Assembly (NCBI GenBank): GCA_028023455.1 | Contig: JAQFVV010000008.1 | Location: forward strand, 17,980,001-18,044,000 | Length of the DNA stretch: 64,000 bases | Source: Epiperipatus broadwayi | Lineage: Eukaryota; Animalia; Onychophora | Direction of reading: 5' to 3' | In this document: piece after piece, positions 37,851-49,360 of the stretch | Layout of the letters: the number at the start of each line of letters is the position of its first letter | Numbering within the stretch: the first letter of the stretch is position 1 | The notes under the pieces: generated by a model | Database searches by the model: none | What the model was told of the DNA's origin: nothing | The model's input: only the letters and a program-made list of their open reading frames with translations | Translations under genes and position numbers: made by a program

Positions 37851-39799
37851 TATTACAGCCAAAAGAATTCTTTCTAAGATATATAATTAGCTTTTCCTGT
37901 TTTAAATGGCTTCATCAGTAATTAAATATTGCAACCCTATCCTAGATAAACATGTTTTGTAAGATACGTAAAACTTTTATAGCTTTTGTAATTTTGTTTT
38001 TGTCATTGCTCTCTATAAGATTAATTCAACTTTACTAGTTTCTCTTAAAAATGCCTTTATTTCATATTTCTTTTCTTATGGCGGTTTCCTATTATTTATT
38101 AATTTATGATTTAAAATATTTAAGTATTTACATGCCAATAAATCTAATTCAGTGAATTGAAACCTTCCTTAAATATTTTCAATCGGCTCGTGATTGATTG
38201 GTCGATCTTTAGCTCTCCCAAATGAGCTATTTGTTCAGCTCATTTTTATTCACTGAGTTGGAATTACTGTATTAAACGTAATCCAATAATACCTATACTT
38301 CATAATGATGATCTGACAATAAAATGAAAATTGTGTATTGGTATTTTATTATTAGAGCACTAATTCGAGTTTGTGAGAAGGAAATGAATATTTATCGCAA
38401 TAGATTTTAGTGTGCTTTGACGAGATATTAAAGAGGGTTTTAAATGAAATTTGTGTTTGGAAAATCTCTAAATAAAAGGGAGTAATTACTTTTATTGTTA
38501 TTTAGAATGACATTATAGTCATGATTGTTTTATTCCAATTTGATTTTGAAAAAGTTCAAGTCGCTACGCTTCAGCAATTATTTTATTTATTATTTAATTT
38601 AAGTAATGGACGTGAATAAAGCATCTACTCCATTAATATAGGCATTGCTGACATAAGCAAATTATTCTAAGTTCAATGAACTCGCTATTATTTTAATATA
38701 TGTATTTTAGAAAATCTAAGCTAATAATGCAGATTTCAATTCTTTAGGATCCTCATAGCCAGACAGTAAGGCTCAAGGGTAAAAAAGGCCCGACCTTATT
38801 TCTTCTTATGTCAGAGGAAGATCTCTCTTCAGGTTGCGATCTACGAAAATGCAGAGTGACCATTTCATTCTTCAAATATAATGGCAAAATTTTCATCAAT
38901 CTTATCGATGTTTTTATTCCTGCTATGTCAGTACTGCTTTCGCTCTCGAGATCTATATTTCTTTTAAAGTTGCCTCTAAGTCATGGCTAAGTGAGATATA
39001 TCAAAATCAAAGTGATTTACTGTTTGCTTATCCCTTTTAACGTCCGCTTGATTTATAGCGATTCCCTTTTAACAGCGAATTCTTAAACATACACAATATT
39101 TTATACAAAATGCGTTATAGAAAACCCATGTTTTTAATTACTGATTTATTTGTTAGTCGTTTCACGTTAAGGCATTATATAATTAAAAGATCATATTGTA
39201 GACGTATAAATCAAATATTCATTTGTGAAAGATATTATTTTGTGTCTATAAAATATTAATTTTATTAATAATAAATTAGTGCATCTAATAGCAATGAGTT
39301 ATATATAGTTTACAGATCACTACCTCATTGGCGCATAGATCTTCCCCGCCTATATTGAACGAAGCATTTAATTAATGTTTTCCAAATATTAGAAACTAGT
39401 AAAGAAAGTAGCTCTATTATGTTAATCAGTTATTTAATTATATTAAACAGTATTGTAAAACAAACCTGTAGTCTATATTGCTTTTATAATTATTATTAAC
39501 CCCAGATATTGTATTGTTAATTTGATGGCTTAAACACACCTACTTATTAAATTCTTATCCTAGTTAGATAATTTATTTATGAGTTTGCTTATTCATTTAT
39601 ATATAAATTCCATTAGTAAAGTAAAGATATGTGATGACAGTAGTTTTAAGTAATTTATCCGAGTTTCTCATTTAAATCTCCGCGAGCTAGCTGGCCGTAT
39701 AAAAGGAGTTTGTGCATAATAATAATATGTACTGTGTAGAGATGATAAAGGAGTTCAAAGAGATATAAAATGTGTTATCTAAACCGACCGGTACAGTAG

Positions 39800-40580
39800 A
39801 TTGTCTAAAGATTTTAATCATTTTTAATAAATATAAATAACATTTACAAAATTATTTTAATGATTATTAAAAATAAAGTCAACCTGACTATAGATTAGAA
39901 AAAATATATTTAAATACAAATATACTGAAATATACTGAACCTTAGATTAATAAAAGGGGATGTGAATACAGACTTTCAAGCTTCCTTCAGCTATTCACTC
40001 CATCTTAAATAACCGATACACATGACCACATGCATGTGAAAAAGATAAATGATCTCCAATAAACATATTTTGTGCTAAACCAGCACTCATCAATTGGTCC
40101 AGATCATTATCTCCCACACACATATATAATCAGTGCTCAGTTTATATTAAGATAGCAAATCTTCAAACTTTAATGGCAGACTTCCCTCTTCTCCATCCTT
40201 CAACTTTTCAGCCTTCCATATTATTGAAAATATGATGATGGAATGCTCAAAGCCCTTGTTAATGCTAATATTGCTGCCCATTAAAGTTTGAATATTTGCT
40301 ATCTTAATATAAACTGAGCACTGATTATATATGTGTGTGGGAGATAATGATCTGGACCAACTGGTGAGTGCTGGTTCATGTGGATTGGTTATTTAAAATG
40401 GAGTGGATAGCTGAAAGGGGCTTGAAAGTCTGTGTTCAAAAATATGTGACAAAAAATAAACTAATTGTTTATCCAACTAATAACTATCCATAACAAAAAT
40501 GAATCTTAGAATAATCATTATAAAATAATCTACATTTATTTATTTTATAATTAAAACCCAAAATGATTAAAAATCTATTA
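39800..40580. mobile_element. Head-to-head inverted repeat with degraded hammerheads (family F6)
   Basis: 39964-40215 is inverted relative to ~40275-40440 (…GATCATTATCTCCCACACACATATATAATCAGTGCTCAGTTTATATTAAGATAGCAAA…). The HHR remnant on the minus strand at 40051-40105 reads ccaa UUGAUGA gugcu gguuu agcac AAAA. Confidence 0.75.
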
Positions 40581-42447
40581 AAGCAACAAATTTATGCCTC
40601 TGACAATGAAATATCTATTAATGAATTTTATATTTTAATTTGAAAATGTTTTCAACAAAATTGTTAATGTCATTCATAAAGTTCAAAAATATGCCACATA
40701 TACTTTTTTATAATCCTCAAAATTTAATATGAATGAGAAGAATAAGATAAAAAGTTATCTTTTTAATGATAGTATTTATTACTATATATTTTCTACACTC
40801 AAATTATTAATGCTCTTTGAAAAAAAAAAGAGGGATAAAAGAGGACATGTTTTACCTTAAATATTAGTGCCAACAGGCCTTAAAACTTAGATGATAAAAA
40901 TTATTGGCCATTATTTATTTACAATATTTTCAATGTGCGAAATAGATGGGATTCTTCTTGAAAATATTAACTTTTCTATTTGAAATTAATCTGAATGATC
41001 TAGTTTCGTTCAATTAATCTATTAAGTGTTACTAATTAGCAAAATGATAAGCAATGTTGAAGATGTGTTAATTAATGAGAGCAATAACTAAAAATTTATT
41101 CTTAGATATTTATTTTTATATTATATACTATGTGGGCACTATTAGATTGCAATATAAAAAATGATAAAGAATTTCATAATTATATCACTAATCAAACCTG
41201 TAGATTCTATAGATAGACGTTAATTAAATTTTTGTTTTAGTAAAAGTATGGGATATAAATAACAAAAAATAAAAAGATGAAGCACACTAATTAGGAAAAA
41301 CAATCCCAGTCAAAATCTAAGCAGAATAAAAATTAATTGAACAGATAGAAATAATTTTTTAAAATATTAAAAATGTCAAATATATTATATACATATTTTA
41401 ACAATTGTCTATACTGAAATATAACAACATGAAATTACAATAAACAAATATCAATTAATAAAATAAGATTTACAGTCTATTAAAAAACAACTTAAATATG
41501 AGTTTCATGATGATTCCTAAGTATCTCAATATAGATTGCACTAAGAAATATCAGTCAAATCTGTTCTTAGATTAATATCACAGATTATTATATTTTAGTT
41601 TTTAAAAAAATAATCATAATCAAAAGATAATTCATATGAAGTTCAAACCCCTGAAGTGACAGAATTAAGCTGAAATCCATGCTTCTCGAGTTGTTTACTC
41701 TATGCTGCTGTTAACCATGCTGGGCATTTTTTTTTTTTATTATTTTTTTATTACTGTACTACTTAACATTTAAATAGTAATGTTAAATATTGTATCTGCA
41801 TTTTAAATGGCAATAGTATAAGATAGTCACAGAGATATATTCAAATTACTATAATAGCATTCTTTTTTTTTTTATAAATGTGATACTACAACTTACTATC
41901 TACTTTAAAAATTTGTAATTATTAGTAAGTTAAAATATTAAGTGATATCAAGCATGTTATATAGATATGACTTGTCTAAAACTACCATAAATTTAAATTA
42001 ACTATTAATGTTGTCACATCGAAAATGAAATTTATCAAGTAAAACTGAAATGGAAATGTTTTTGTTGTTATAGTACAATTGATATACACTTAGAATAGAA
42101 ATCTTTCTCACATATGCTTAATGCATCTTAAGTCCTCTAAGATATCTACACAATAAGGTACTTACCAAATGATTCACAGACTTTTCATTCCTTTAATACA
42201 ATTTATTCTGGAAGAGCCAATCCAAGATAAGGATAACATAAACAGACATCAGGACTTCAAGTACTAAAAGTTGTTAAAACAGGCAAATGATCATGTGACG
42301 TTATTTACGAAAAGTTGCATGTAGTGAAAAAATCAAAGCCAAGAAATTTGCTTAAACTAAATCAAAATTTTTAATTATTTTCCGTGCCTTCAATTTTCCA
42401 ATTTATAATACAATATTTAATAATATTTATTTTATAAAGCGCAGACG

Positions 42448-42578
42448 GTATTGAATTTAAACTGAGAGACTGCAAACTTCTCAAGCGCTTATGACTGTCT
42501 CAGTGTTTACGATATGATTGGCTGTTGATAGTCATAAGCGCTTGAGAAGTTTGCAGTCTCTCAGTTTAATTTCAATAC
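42448..42578. mobile_element. MITE-like element with ~50-bp terminal inverted repeats
   Basis: GTATTGAATTTAAACTGAGAGACTGCAAACTTCTCAAGCGCTTATGACT pairs with AGTCATAAGCGCTTGAGAAGTTTGCAGTCTCTCAGTTTAATTTCAATAC. Confidence 0.75.
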
Positions 42579-43159
42579 AATATTTAATATATTTTTATTT
42601 AAAGATCTATAAACAATAATCTCATTGCCAATTGTCTATATTTAAAAAATATATCAATAAACATTATTAAATAAATAAAAATATTGTTTTTCTAATTCTG
42701 CAAAACATTTATAAATAGGAGAAAATTATAACCAAAAAAGTATTGAAAGTCAGCTTGCTCAAAGGATTAGGAAAACTTAGGCTGGCTTTGCATTCTAATA
42801 ATTTCGATATTCAGAACTTTATGAACAAAAATGAGTGATTTATATCAGTAATATATATATATGGATACTACTATATGGTAAAAGATGACCAAATTAAAAA
42901 ATATTTTTTCTTATCTCTTCCCCCTTTGCTTTCCAAGCTTAGTATTTTCAAAACTTAGTTTTATTATTAAACCAAAATGATATAAAAAGCAGAAATAACT
43001 TAATATGAATATAAATGTTACATATTTCTATTTCTTCAGTTTTGATTATTTACAATAATCATTGTTAAAAGTTTCAAAATATTTGAAAAATATAAACACA
43101 AAACATAATTAAAATATATAAAAAAAAAATACAAATATTTATCAAAAAAAATCTTTTTT

Positions 43160-44250
43160 TCAAAAATTATATTTCCAATGGAGAAATAGTTTTGTTTTAC
43201 AAATCTACTTATATAGTTAATGAATAACACTACTCTCATGCAAAATAGGGACAGGTTTCCATCCGCTTTTAACACCTTGTGGAGGAGTATAACCATAAAT
43301 GTATGACCAAAGACATATGAAAAAGATGTATGATCTTCAAGATACACATTTCTCATCAGTTGGCCCAGATTACAATGTCTTACACATATCTTTATTACTG
43401 TTCAATATATATAGGTAGCAAATTATAAGTTTAATTGATAAATATCAAACTTACCTTGCATGAGAGTGGTGTAGTGAAAATTATTCTACAGAAATATTAT
43501 TCATCAAATGGATAATCTCTAGTCTAATGAATGCCTAATAAAAATCATTAATATACTTCCATCAAGTGGTTTGTCAGGTTTGTCAAAGTTATAAGGGCAG
43601 TAAGTTTGACACATCAATTAAACAGTAGTAATTCGCTATCTATATATACTGCATGATAGATATGTGTAAGAGATTCTAATCTGGGCCAACTATTAAATGC
43701 CTGTTTAGCATGAAATGTGCATCTTGGAGATCATATATTTATGATTACACTTTCCACAAGGTGTTAAAAGTAGATAGAAACCAGTCTCTACCTTGTGTGA
43801 AAGTGGTGAAGTGAAAATGACTATACAGAAATATTATTCATTAACTGAATAACCTCTAGTCTAATGAAAAACTAATAAAAATCATTAATATAGTTACATC
43901 AAATGGTTTATATCAAAGTTGTGAGTGCAGTAAATTTAACATATCAATTAAACTGTAGTAATTGGCTATTTATATATATAGTAAACAATGACAAAGATCA
44001 GAGATTGTGAGATCTGGACCAATTGGAGAATGTTGGTTCAGCACAAAATGTGCATCTTGGGAATCATACATCTTTTTCACATATCTTGAGTCATACATTT
44101 ATAATTATACCCCTCCACAAGGTATTAAAGGCAGCTAAAATCCAGTCCCTAACTTGCAGGAGTAGTGAAATAAAAATTATATCACAGAAATATTATTGAA
44201 TGGATAATCTCTAATCTAATGAACGACTAATAAAAAATCATTAATATATT
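43160..44250. mobile_element. F6 array: inverted arm plus ~2.5 tandem ~340-360 bp units with decayed hammerheads
   Basis: GAAATATTATT...CTCTAGTCTAATGAA...CTAATAAAAATCATTAATATA occurs at ~43490, ~43827 and ~44187. HHR remnants lie at 43332-43370 (minus), 43678-43732 (plus) and 44011-44065 (plus). Confidence 0.75.
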
Positions 44251-44539
44251 TATATAGTTAATCTTAATGTTAAAAGATGTTTATATCGATATAATTTAGT
44301 ACTATACATATATTTTCAAATATTTTGTTAATTTTGAAAACGATTACAAATTATCAAAACATCTATTTATGAACAAATAATATATGCAGATTTTATTCAT
44401 ATTATTTTTGCTTTTTACATTATTTGTTATAAAACAAATTTTGAAATGATTGAAAAAACAGTGAAAATATTGACTTGCCATTAATGAGATTCGTACAATA
44501 TACTTTATTGCCTTGTGCAGTTTACCACTGTAGCAGGCT

Positions 44540-44745
44540 CAGAAACTAAGATTCTACTTAAGCATCACATGATTTAAATGGTGCTCCCAAATTCATGGCT
44601 CCTCATTGATGAAAGTCATAAGTTAAAAACTAGTCTGGAAATATTGGATGGATTAGGCACTAGATTGTGATTTTGATGCACAAATCTTTTAGTAACAATT
44701 GATTACTGTGGCACTACTGTATGGAAAGAGTTGTATTGTTTTTGA
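44540..44745 (+). mobile_element. Old single F1 fragment with inactivated hammerhead
   Basis: GGCTCCTCA TTGATGA AAGTCATAAGTTA AAAAC TAGTC TGGAAATATTGGATG…GCACTAGA matches the F1 unit. Confidence 0.75.
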
Positions 44746-45460
44746 GCTTAAGATTCCTAAATCAATGAACAGTTAAATAAATAAAAAAAAAAAGAAACTT
44801 ATTCATCATGACAGTTTATTGCAGTGAAAAAGTTATAAGATCAAGATCTAAAGATTACTGAAACATTTCCCAATAGTTTTAAAAAAATCTCACTTCATAG
44901 GTACCTCAGTGTTCGAACGTACCATGATCTTTCGAATAACTAAGCATGCATATTTTGTTATACTAAACGCAATTTTTGATTGCACTATTCACTTCTAAAT
45001 AATTAAAATAAAATTTAAAAAACCCAATAATTTAACATAAAAAGACAAGGAAAAACGATGCAGAAAGGACAAATACAACAAAAACCTATGGTCAAAACAA
45101 AAAAAAAAAGGTTTTTTTTTTATATAATTATAGCATGTTACAATTTTAAAAATACTATGACTTTCTTTAAAAGAAAGCGTTCATTTTTTTTTCCAATCAA
45201 CAATATTATAATATTTATAACAATATAAGTGATACTAATCTAATTAAGATTATTGCAAATTACGTTTATACATATGATTCAATAAAGCGATGGGTTTTTT
45301 TTTTTTTACTGTAATTGAAAAATGAGCATTATTAAAAGGTGTTATAATAAAAATAAATATATTCTAACTTTAAAAAATCAAAATGACATTATTTCAATTA
45401 ATGATACTATTATTTATATAATAATTTTAAAAAAAAAATCAAAAATTTTTAGCTACACAC

Positions 45461-45463
45461 CAT
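45461..45463 (-). CDS. NOP56: Candidate ATG-only first coding exon of NOP56
   Basis: The phase-0 start of the 30361 exon (SQLLALFEH) requires an upstream Met. The sequence GGCAATC ATG|GTGTGT lies at the edge of the CpG-retaining promoter-like region, and human NOP56 also has an ATG-only coding part in exon 1. Alternatives exist (see rejected). Confidence 0.45.
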
Positions 45464-45589
45464 GATTGCCAACGTGCTTTCCAATTTATATTTTATTTTT
45501 CCCTTTGACCAAACTAAAATAAAATATTATTGGTCACACTATTTTATCACATGATATTATTATTTATTTCAACCAATGAAAGCACATTT

Positions 45590-45872
45590 CACGAAGTTGT
45601 TCGCCGATTCTTCAAACACTGTAGTAGCAGTTTTAGACTATTTGTTACCATAAAAATTAAATTACTAATTTAAGTGCTATTTTAATGATAATTCAAAACT
45701 CTAAATAATCACAACGCAAAGTAAGACTACTACCAAAAATAAACTACAATGCTCAAGTAAATTAATCTTTATTTTCAATTCATTTTTTTAATCAACAGAA
45801 TTCCGGATGATTCATATTCCTGAATTCATTACTGGGAGCAGGATTTACAAAGCTGAACCAGAGATGAAATAG
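45590..45872 (+). other. Probable 5' exons of an unidentified plus-strand gene (exon ending 45720, 78-nt intron, exon 45799-45872)
   Basis: There is a donor GTAAGA at 45721, a pyrimidine tract plus AACAG ending at 45798, and a donor AG|GTATGT at 45873. The second exon holds a 21-codon ORF (45807-45872). No downstream coding exon was recognised. Confidence 0.45.
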
Positions 45873-47359
45873 GTATGTTAATGTTTTATTACTTATTTTC
45901 GTAAAAGTCTAAATGCTATTAAAATTTGATTAACTAGTTTTGATTATTGTTAAATAATTTACGGAATTTGTGAAATTCAAGCCGCTGTTGTAAGTAATTA
46001 TTCAAAATATGTTCGATGTTCTAAAAGATTTGCTCGACATTTATCGTGGTAAATGTTGATTGTTGAAAAAAAAAAAATGATTTGAGTTTTTTGTCGATTA
46101 GTTTCTTTTTTATAATTCTATTAAAAATCATTGATTCTTTGTTATCAACAAAATTTACTCAATATTTGTATTTCTTAAGTATAGATTCCTGATAATTGAA
46201 AAGAAAAATCGTAATAAATTTTCTCGGTATCGTTAACCCATTTATACCCGTTGATGCTTGTCATACTTATTATTTTTTAAAATATTGTTTTTTGAGATAT
46301 TTAAAAAAAACAACTATTAAGGGTTTTATTAAAATGTGTTAACAGTGCTATTCAGAATCGAATTGTATTGTTAAGGATCCAACAATCATTTATTTTTGTC
46401 ACCAAAATATTGACGGTTTTGGACGAACATTTGAAGTAAATGCAATATTTATATTCTAATTAAAAATTTAAGAATTTTATAGGCTTTCTTTTATTTTTTA
46501 TTACTGTAAAAAATAATTTATTTATTTTTTACTGAAATATTTTGTTGGTTTTTAATCTTAATATATAGAGAGTGAGAGTGTAATTTTTTTTAGTAGTCAG
46601 TTTTCTGCTGTATTTAAATGTTCTTGTTTGTTTTTAATAAAATTGCTCTACCAATTATTTAATTATCAAGAAATTAGGTATTACAACTACATCTTTATAA
46701 GTCCATAAAAAGTGAAAAAAATAAATATTGTTTCACATTTATTTTCAATACTAGTTATAAACATGGTAATTTTTGTGACTACCATGTATATAATTATACA
46801 GAACATAATTAAAAAAATAGTTCATGTCCAAATAAATTATTTATTATTTTAATTTTGATCTAATTGTAAAAGGAATAATTTTTTGTCTTTTAGAAAGTCG
46901 AGCAGTTATCAGAAATAAGATTATTAGTTCTCAAAATATCCAGTAATTTCTAGTCCAGCATAATTCATTCTTATTTAATTTACATGAAATAAGCAATTGT
47001 ATAGCAATATGTATTTTATTTTAACCATGCCAAATTCCAATTTATGTTATCATTCATTGATGACTTCAGAAGTATTTCTGTATAATTTCTTAAATTGCAC
47101 TTTGATGTTATGGATGGTAAATCTAAAAAAAAATTATTGAGCTGTTACTTTACAGTGAGATTGAATTTCAAAAAATATATTTGCTCCTCTGATAATTACA
47201 TATTAATTACATCTGATCTCTCCAATGACATTTTTGATATCAGCAAATTACTAAAGCATTTCAACCTTACAGCAAGAGATAATTGTTCATAAAAATAGGA
47301 ATTACAATATTGATGGAGTTTTGTTTTAATATTTGTGGACGTGGGTTTGCACTCCTTTT

Positions 47360-47870
47360 TTCTTCCTCAGAGGTGACTGGTGGCAGACGTTAGGTGTCTG
47401 GTTTATGGTGCACTGTTGACAATTTTGCCGCTACCCGAAATACCTGCTGGGAGGGTACATGGTCAAAGTCTCAGTGCTATTCCTGCTCTGGTCAGCTGCT
47501 GTGCCCCCTGATAGGCTGGTTTTGGGCAGTTTCGATCTGGCTCATTACTTATTACTTCTTAGTTTTTTCCCAAGTTGGCTTTCCAATTTTGGGCAGGTAG
47601 ACCGATTGTGGTCCCTGCCCATTTGGACTGCTAATTAGGAGGCAGAGATATCTGGAATGGTCTTGACATGGCTCGGCTGTGAGTCGGGAGTTTATTGCTT
47701 GGTGAACTTGGGCCTTGGACCTCGCTGCCTGTTGTGGTGGTTGGCGCAATGCTGGACTTCGCCACCTATTCAGCTGAAGCATTTGGGTCTTCGCTTCAGG
47801 GCCCCAGGGGTGGGATCATTGGGTGATTGTTAACTTCTCATCAGCCAGACCGTGTGAATCCACATACAGA
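47360..47870 (-). mobile_element. LINE ORF1 (gag-like, zinc knuckles) fragment
   Basis: A GC-rich island. The minus strand gives degenerate knuckles in order: PKCFS*NRW…, EPCQDHSRYLC, and SPNGQGPQSVYLPK (cf. CxNCxGxHxA). Confidence 0.55.
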
Positions 47871-48620
47871 TAAACATTAATCACATTACAGCAATTTTTA
47901 TGGATGTAATTGTTTTTAAACATATGTACATTTTACCTTGTTACATTGAACATTGTGCAATCCTCAATGGGTAAGTGTACCCAAAAATTTTTGTAACCTT
48001 TTATTAATAAAGGTTACCTTTGAAAGTAAATAGGAATTACAATGTAAAAGCAATTATAATCATTTTTTTAAGGCAAAATTTATGTATCTAACTAGCTATT
48101 TTTGGCAAAAATTATAACTATCTTGATCAAGTAAAGCATAATATTAAAACATTTTACCATTTTTTTTTTTTAATGAAAAATGATTATAAATCATTGCTAA
48201 GTATTTTTTATTTCAAAAGATTATGCCAGATGCTTCACTCTAGCCAATGCAACTTATTGGGATATAATGTTATCCCTTTTGAATTATATCAAGAGAATTG
48301 GATAACTGTCATTTATATTAACAATTTAAAAATTAACAATCTTGTAATAAAAAATATATTTATTAGATCTTCATTTCTTTTATTAATTTGACATGTAAAT
48401 TGCAACGATCAACACAAAATATAAAACACATCTTTTTAAAACTGGGTTGTTTTCAGTAATATCATATCAATTATTAATTGCAATTAGACTATATAATATA
48501 ATCTGTATCAATATAAAACAATAAAAATTCTATAAAAATATATGAAATGAGTATAAGAAATAATTATACAAGTCAAGTTTACAAACAAAACAGTTGAAGT
48601 AATGTTTCTATCAAAATTTG

Positions 48621-49360
48621 TATCTACTTAACTACAAAACTATGAGTCTTAAACTGAAAACACTAGAATATTTTCAATCCAAGCTCATTAGCCTATATAG
48701 TCATATAGGTCTGAACTCAGTTCAATACCTATACATTTTGGTGACTTTGGTTCTTTAATAACTATAGCGACCACTATCCTATTAGGCAGTATTGCTTTTA
48801 AGCCAGCAAATATCACATGATCACCATTTCTTATGCTTGCTTATAACTGTTATTAAAACAGGCAAAACTCTATACATATTGCCACTCAGTGCAAGCCAGA
48901 GTAATCAGTGGATTTCAGAAGGCTTGTGCATAAAATTCCCATTTAGTGCCTACTCATCCAATATCCCCAGATTAGTTTCTACTTGTGGCCTTCATCAGTG
49001 AGGAGACTTGGATCTGAGAGCACTGCACCTAGATCTTAGGATTTAATGCAACCCTTCAGCAGCCACTTTTATCTCTACTTAACTACAAAACCATGAGTCT
49101 TAAACTGAAAACACTATAATATTTTCATTCCAAGCTCATTAGCCTATATAGTCATATATATAGGCCACAAGCCAGAAACTAGTCTGGGAATATTGGATGA
49201 ATAGGCACTAGATGGGGATTTTATGCACAAGCCTTCTGGCATCCATTGATTACTCTGGCTTGCACTGAGTGACAATGTGTATAGAGAGTTTTGCCTGTTT
49301 TAATAACAGTTATTAGCAAGCATAAAAAATGGTGATCATGTGATGTTTGTTGGCTTATAA
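48621..49360. mobile_element. F1 head-to-head insertion (minus arm ~1.2 units, plus arm ~200 bp)
   Basis: The F1 unit repeats with period ~451 (ACTTAACTACAAAA at 48626 and 49077). The HHR at 48968-49003 has GAAACTAATC. The orientation flips at ~49155-49162. Confidence 0.85.

Larger units (their letters stand above)
44900..46420. promoter_or_regulatory. CpG-retaining region, probable bidirectional promoter
   Basis: CpGs are visibly denser here than in the depleted background and no TE is recognisable. CCAAT motifs lie near 45530 and 45570, and splice donors face outward on both strands. Confidence 0.55.

Noticed and set aside
38700-39750. CpG-containing stretch with 60-75 codon open frames
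   Set aside because: No protein or RNA family could be assigned; only a faint resemblance to a PLE RT tail, so it is left unannotated.
44923-44925. Alternative NOP56 ATG|GTACGT first exon (also ATG|GTAAGG at 32527-32529)
   Set aside because: Neither can be excluded, but 45461 fits the centre of the CpG-retaining region better and 32527 has no promoter-like context.
47340-47375. CTGAGGA...AAAC on the minus strand as a hammerhead
   Set aside because: No stem II can form and the GAAA is absent.
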